Origin: Spirochaetota bacterium
Lineage (GTDB): Bacteria > Spirochaetota > UBA4802 > UBA5550
Direction: 5' to 3'
NCBI GenBank assembly: GCA_963664815.2
Contig: CAXXHB010000003.1
Span: 2,176,001 to 2,240,000, forward strand
DNA: 64,000 nucleotides
In this document: positions 59,425 to 64,000 of the stretch, piece by piece
Numbering within the stretch: the stretch's first letter is position 1
How the letters are laid out: each line of letters begins with the position of its first letter
Notes under the pieces: generated by a model
The model's database searches: none
What the model saw: the letters and a program-made list of their open reading frames with translations, nothing else
What the model was told of the DNA's origin: nothing
Position numbers and translations under genes: made by a program

Positions 59425-61278
59425 TTGTTGACAGAAGATAATTCCATCTGCAACGTTAACCGGATGAAAATGAATCCGGAAAAAATTAAAGATATTCTTA
59501 CACGGCTCCCGCATGAACCTGGCGTATACCTTATGCTTGGCAGTGATGGTTCAATTATTTATATCGGGAAGGCCAACTCTTTGAAGAAGAGAGTAACATC
59601 CTATTTCCGGAAAAAAGACCATGATCCCAAAACATCAATTCTTGTAAAAAACATTGAAGATATAGAATATATTGTAACCGCAAGCGAAATAGAAGCCCTG
59701 CTGCTTGAAAGCAACCTTATAAAAAAACATAAGCCCAAATTCAACGTAAGGCTTAAAGATGACAAGAGATACCCATATATAACCATAACGCTTAATGAGG
59801 ACTACCCCAGAGTAATCTACACAAGAAAGATAAACCGGAATACCGACAAGTATTTCGGGCCATACACCGATGCAAAGGCAGCCAGAAACAGCGCCGCAAT
59901 GATAAATAATTTATTCAAGCTCAAGACCTGCGGGAAGACTCTCCCGCTTAAAGGAAGCGAAAGGCCCTGTATAAACTACCAGATAAAAAAATGTTCCGGC
60001 GCTTGCAGGAATGTTATATCAAGGGAGGAATACAGGGAGCTTATTAGCGATGCTATAAGATTTCTCGAAGGGAATATCGACCCTGTAATAAACAGCCTCA
60101 ACAACAGGATGAAAGAGTATTCTGAAAAAATGAACTTTGAGAAAGCGGCATCAGTAAGAGATATTATTTTTGATATTCAGAAAATATCGCAGTCACAGAA
60201 TGTTGATATTCCCTCAGTGGCTGAACAGGATTGCATAGGAACCGGAATTTTCGGCGGAGAAGGTATTGTTGTACTCTTTGAATTCAGGCACGGCATACTC
60301 ACCGGGAGGAAAATCAACATATTTGATAACGCGGAATATACCACCCCCGAGGAGATTCTCCGTGTTTTTTTGCTGGACTATTACAGGGACAAGGAGATCC
60401 CGACAAAGATTGTGACCGAATATTCCATACCGGACAGTAAGCTTATAGCGGAACACCTGTCTTTGATCAGCAGAAAGAAAATTTCACTGGTACAGGCAGG
60501 GTCGGAGGATGATAAGGGAATTATCCGCATGATCCGCAAAAATATCGATATAATAGCCGCCGACCGAAGGGCAACGGAAGAAAACAATCCCGCTGCCGGA
60601 CTGATCGAACTTAAAGAGGTACTGCATCTTGACAGTGAACCTGCAGTTATGGAATGCTTTGACATTTCAAACCTCCAGGGAACTGATTCAGTTGCATCAA
60701 TGGTACAGTTCAGGCTCGGGAGAGCGGATAAAAACAACTACAGGAGGTATAAAATCAGGGGTTATGAATCAGCCAATGATCCCGGTATGATTCATGAAGC
60801 TGTTTCCCGCAGGCTTCAGCACCTGGTTAATGAAAACCTTGAACTCCCCGACCTTATTGTAATAGACGGCGGCCCGACACAGCTTACCAGGGCTATCGAG
60901 GCAGCCTCAAATTTTAACCTTGATCTGAAAATAGTATCAGTTGCCAAAAGGTTTGAAGAGATATACACCGCCCCTGACCGGCCCCCCGTAAGGCTCCCGG
61001 AAAACTCCCACGCGCTCAGGCTTATCCAGAGGATAAGGGATGAGGCACACAGGTTCGCGGTTACATACCACAGGAATCTGCGTGATAAAAAAACCACCGC
61101 ATCAATTCTTGACAGCATACCGGATATTGGGGAGAAAACACGTAAACTCCTTATTAAACATTTCGGTTCACCTGAAAAAGTAAAAGAAGCCTCCGTTGAG
61201 GAACTTTCATCAGTTGAGGGGATAGGGGAAAAGACAGCATTAAAGATTCACACATTCTTCAGCAACAGTTCTGCATAA
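59425..61278 (+). CDS. uvrC: Excinuclease ABC subunit C
   Basis: GIY-YIG (PGVY..YIGKA), UVR domain, ECFDISN, DGG, RDEAHRFA, C-terminal HhH; start may be slightly downstream. Confidence 0.97.
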   Translation: MLTEDNSICNVNRMKMNPEKIKDILTRLPHEPGVYLMLGSDGSIIYIGKANSLKKRVTSYFRKKDHDPKTSILVKNIEDIEYIVTASEIEALLLESNLIKKHKPKFNVRLKDDKRYPYITITLNEDYPRVIYTRKINRNTDKYFGPYTDAKAARNSAAMINNLFKLKTCGKTLPLKGSERPCINYQIKKCSGACRNVISREEYRELISDAIRFLEGNIDPVINSLNNRMKEYSEKMNFEKAASVRDIIFDIQKISQSQNVDIPSVAEQDCIGTGIFGGEGIVVLFEFRHGILTGRKINIFDNAEYTTPEEILRVFLLDYYRDKEIPTKIVTEYSIPDSKLIAEHLSLISRKKISLVQAGSEDDKGIIRMIRKNIDIIAADRRATEENNPAAGLIELKEVLHLDSEPAVMECFDISNLQGTDSVASMVQFRLGRADKNNYRRYKIRGYESANDPGMIHEAVSRRLQHLVNENLELPDLIVIDGGPTQLTRAIEAASNFNLDLKIVSVAKRFEEIYTAPDRPPVRLPENSHALRLIQRIRDEAHRFAVTYHRNLRDKKTTASILDSIPDIGEKTRKLLIKHFGSPEKVKEASVEELSSVEGIGEKTALKIHTFFSNSSA

Positions 61279-61475
61279 TGACTTTTTGGCAATACAATGC
61301 AGATAAAAATTCTCATTATATATATTTTCACAGTTACAGCATTTTTTATACCTCCTGCAATATCGTAAACATAATAATATTGCATATTCAATTGTAAAAA
61401 AGTTTATGAATTATTATTGAAAAACAATTGACTTTATTGCTTATAAAAAAGAGATGTATATTATGTTTCAGACAT

Positions 61476-61549
61476 CGGGGCGTAGCGCAGTCCGGTAGCG
61501 TACTTGAATGGGGTTCAAGTGGTCGCTGGTTCAAATCCAGTCGCCCCGA
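61476..61549 (+). tRNA. tRNA-Pro(GGG)
   Basis: CGGGGCG/CGCCCCG acceptor stem; anticodon arm CTTGA-ATGGGGT-TCAAG; GGTTCAAATCC T-arm; CCA not encoded. Confidence 0.97.
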
Positions 61550-61553
61550 AATT

Positions 61554-61580
61554 AAAGCCTGATTATATCAGGCTTTTCTC
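61554..61580 (+). terminator. Hairpin/terminator downstream of tRNA-Pro
   Basis: AAAGCCTGA/TCAGGCTTT followed by pyrimidines. Confidence 0.65.
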
Positions 61581-61639
61581 GTCTTTACACATAACAGACT
61601 ATTTTCGGGTTTTGCCGTTGCACGTATGTTGCACACTTT

Positions 61640-62014
61640 TCAAATTACCTTTTTAAGCCGTACAACATTATCCATAAGACCTGCCTTTTTCTGAAGATCT
61701 GACCGTGCAAACATAGCATATCTTTCCTGAGTAGTTTGAATAGACTCATGCCCTAATAGAGTCTGAATATCTTCTAAACTTACTCCTTGATCGAGTAAAG
61801 TCTGAGCATATATATGCCTGAGATCGTGGAAATGTAAATCTGTCCCATCGCCAATTTTACCGAAAGACACTTGACTTAATAATTTATGCCATGACTTTCT
61901 GAGAATATCTGATGTATAATTACCTACTACAAAATCAGTTTTATTATGCATTTGTGAATAATATGCTATCAGGCACTTTTTATCAGTTAAGTTCATGAAT
62001 GTTCTTCCACACAC
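61640..62014 (-). pseudogene. Truncated tyrosine recombinase/integrase (C-terminal catalytic part only)
   Basis: FHDLRH, LLGH, and catalytic Tyr in ERYA; only 124 aa; converges on the tRNA 3' end. Confidence 0.8.
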
Positions 62015-62154
62015 TTATAAATATTTTTAAAATACTTTTTAAAGCCATTAGTAACATATTGTTTTATGGTTTTTATGCTATACTATATAGTTTAAAAGTT
62101 TGACTATTCAACTCATTGGTACTTTATGCGTAAAATCCGGACGGTTTAAGCCTT

Positions 62155-63228
62155 TTATGTTTTTCTATTGAATCCATTCTTCTTAGACATATGTTCCTTC
62201 CAGAAACTGACTGCAAGACTTAACCATCCTTCTGCATCTGTACCGGTACCAAGTCCGAAACCATGACCGGCATTCTTAAATCTGAGGTATTCAACTTCTA
62301 TTCCGGCATCCCTTAAGTTTTGGACCCGTCTATCAACAATTGATATATTCGCAATTCCGTCATCTGCACTGACTGTAATAAATGCAGGCGGAAAGTTTTC
62401 TGAGTAAGTCGATTGACCGGTATAAGCAATGACAACGGTGGAAGGTTTGGGGAGATTGCTCCCGCCGTAACCTGCTAAACCGCTTAAAGCAATGTTACCA
62501 ACCATTCTTGCTCCAGCCGATCCTCCCCATAAGGAATAATTTTTTGTAGTGACTCCAAGTTTATCTGCATTCCTGAAAATATAAGTTATTGCAGCTGCAA
62601 GGTCTTCAGTAGCCTTTCGTTCACTGCCAATGCGATACCGGATCACAAAAGCGTTTAACCCTTCTTTGTTTATTTCCTGTGCCAGAGGAAACCCCTCGTG
62701 AAGAGAACCAACATAAGAAAATCCGCCTCCAGGGCTGACTACGGCAAACGGGGCTCCCGGTTTTCCACGGGAAAAAAACAGCCCGGTATTCCTTTTCCCC
62801 CGATCCTGATACTTCTGCTGTTCAGTATAAAAATCATAAAATATGGTTTTACCTTCATTTACCTCATCAACCATATAATTGATCGCACCCGTTACAATAT
62901 CAGGCCGCACATGACCATGATAAGGCATTAGAGAGCCGACATTAAGTATTCGTGTATTATAATATCCCGAGTTATCATCCCACGGTAATAGCAGTTCACC
63001 AAAACCTTTAAAAGCCGGGTGATTCACAATATCATGGATATAATAATCGGCTGTTAAATACGTGTTCATATTTTCGTTATCTTTTTCAATGTTTTTATCT
63101 GTAGAACTAAAAGCATCTGTTATAGTACAATTCAAAAGAAAAAGCATCATTACACTGCGAACAAAAACAGGTAAAAGTATTTTTAACCTGATTACTGCTG
63201 AGCTGTACTTTTTATTAACGGATTCCAT
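62155..63228 (-). CDS. Alpha/beta hydrolase (esterase-like), probably exported
   Basis: PGGGF, GGSAG nucleophile elbow, D, HGFGLG. Confidence 0.85.
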   Translation of the reverse strand: MESVNKKYSSAVIRLKILLPVFVRSVMMLFLLNCTITDAFSSTDKNIEKDNENMNTYLTADYYIHDIVNHPAFKGFGELLLPWDDNSGYYNTRILNVGSLMPYHGHVRPDIVTGAINYMVDEVNEGKTIFYDFYTEQQKYQDRGKRNTGLFFSRGKPGAPFAVVSPGGGFSYVGSLHEGFPLAQEINKEGLNAFVIRYRIGSERKATEDLAAAITYIFRNADKLGVTTKNYSLWGGSAGARMVGNIALSGLAGYGGSNLPKPSTVVIAYTGQSTYSENFPPAFITVSADDGIANISIVDRRVQNLRDAGIEVEYLRFKNAGHGFGLGTGTDAEGWLSLAVSFWKEHMSKKNGFNRKT

Positions 63229-63247
63229 ATTTTTAATTTAACATTAG

Positions 63248-64000
63248 TTATTTGTTGTATTGCTCATCACTGACATGCTCCATCCACTTAACAGTAGAAC
63301 CATTTCCGGGCTCGGAAATTGCCACATGAGACATGTCACTGTCAGGAGCAGCACCGTGCCAGTGACGTTTATTAGCCGGAATCCATACTACATCTCCCGG
63401 CATAATCTTCTGCACAGGCTCACCTTCGGATTGCACCAGGCCGTGGCCTGTAATAACGATCAAGGTCTGTCCATAAGGATGAGTATGCCACGCTGTACGT
63501 GAACCTGATTTAAAATTTACAACTCCTCCGCTATAGCTGTTTGGTATTTCTGATGCGAATATGGATTCAACTGTGACATTACCTGTGAAATAATCTGATG
63601 AAGCCTTTACCGGCTCAGCCTTTTTAATTACTTTTACAGCTTGCATGCCGGCCGCTGTGTAGGTAGAGCCCTGCAATTCACCAAGAACAATAGCAGCCCT
63701 TTCAGCAGTGTCAGCACCGACATTGTTTTTTAATATTATAATATACTCCTTAAGTTGTGATTCGCTATATCCTGTATTTATCGCGATTTTTAGATGCGAT
63801 TTCAGTTGTGCTTCAGTTCCAGTCATAGCTGCTAAAGTGCTGATTGTCACAAGTTCACGTTCCTGATGTGTTAATACATCACGGAAAAAAATATCAGCAA
63901 AAAGGTGCTCAACCAGAAACCTGTCAATAGCCGGTACAAATACCTGATAGCCCCCTTTAGGTTTTGACATATCTGTTCCGACAAGATTGTTTCTAACTTT
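63248..64000 (-). CDS. Carboxymuconolactone-decarboxylase-like + cupin fusion protein (5' end outside window)
   Basis: LFADIF.R..L...RELVTIS...QLKSH; cupin TAWHTHP.GQ.L, HWHGA; frame stays open to the window edge. Confidence 0.85.
   Translation of the reverse strand, partial: KVRNNLVGTDMSKPKGGYQVFVPAIDRFLVEHLFADIFFRDVLTHQERELVTISTLAAMTGTEAQLKSHLKIAINTGYSESQLKEYIIILKNNVGADTAERAAIVLGELQGSTYTAAGMQAVKVIKKAEPVKASSDYFTGNVTVESIFASEIPNSYSGGVVNFKSGSRTAWHTHPYGQTLIVITGHGLVQSEGEPVQKIMPGDVVWIPANKRHWHGAAPDSDMSHVAISEPGNGSTVKWMEHVSDEQYNK

Overview
AT-rich bacterial chromosomal segment. The gene content (many SpoIIE/PP2C signalling proteins, a 7TM-DISM sensor, an SH3 protein, outer-membrane beta-barrels, lipoprotein, MCP, superoxide reductase, 2-oxoacid:ferredoxin oxidoreductase) suggests an anaerobic diderm, plausibly a free-living Spirochaetota; this taxon call is inference. 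1-14 kb: mixed housekeeping and redox genes (HD protein + radical SAM, avtA, rubredoxin-SOR, glutaredoxin, OFOR alpha/beta, His6-type hisA, MFS). 14-34 kb, after tRNA-Thr(CGT): an accessory stretch with IS3 debris, an Xre-RES toxin-antitoxin pair, ilvD, a hybrid kinase/phosphatase, an intact 1284-bp IS3 element splitting a beta-barrel gene (3-bp AAT target duplication), and a STAND-ATPase-GAF-LytTR regulator facing a LytTR-type direct repeat. 35-56 kb: an apparent phosphate-starvation cluster bracketed by pstS and pstCA, where 7-8 promoter regions carry 11-bp-periodic Pho-box-like hexamers. It contains the best candidate for an undescribed system: an operon of a 799-aa GS/glutamate-cysteine-ligase-fold protein, a Psd-like decarboxylase and a divergent Lgt-like transferase, followed by a PHP-GT4 glycosyltransferase fusion (hypothesis: phosphorus-free membrane lipid synthesis). 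A kinase/phosphatase/STAS partner-switch set lies in the same cluster. The window ends with tandem PP2C paralogues, uvrC, tRNA-Pro(GGG) and an integrase remnant. All calls come from reading motifs by eye; no database search was run.
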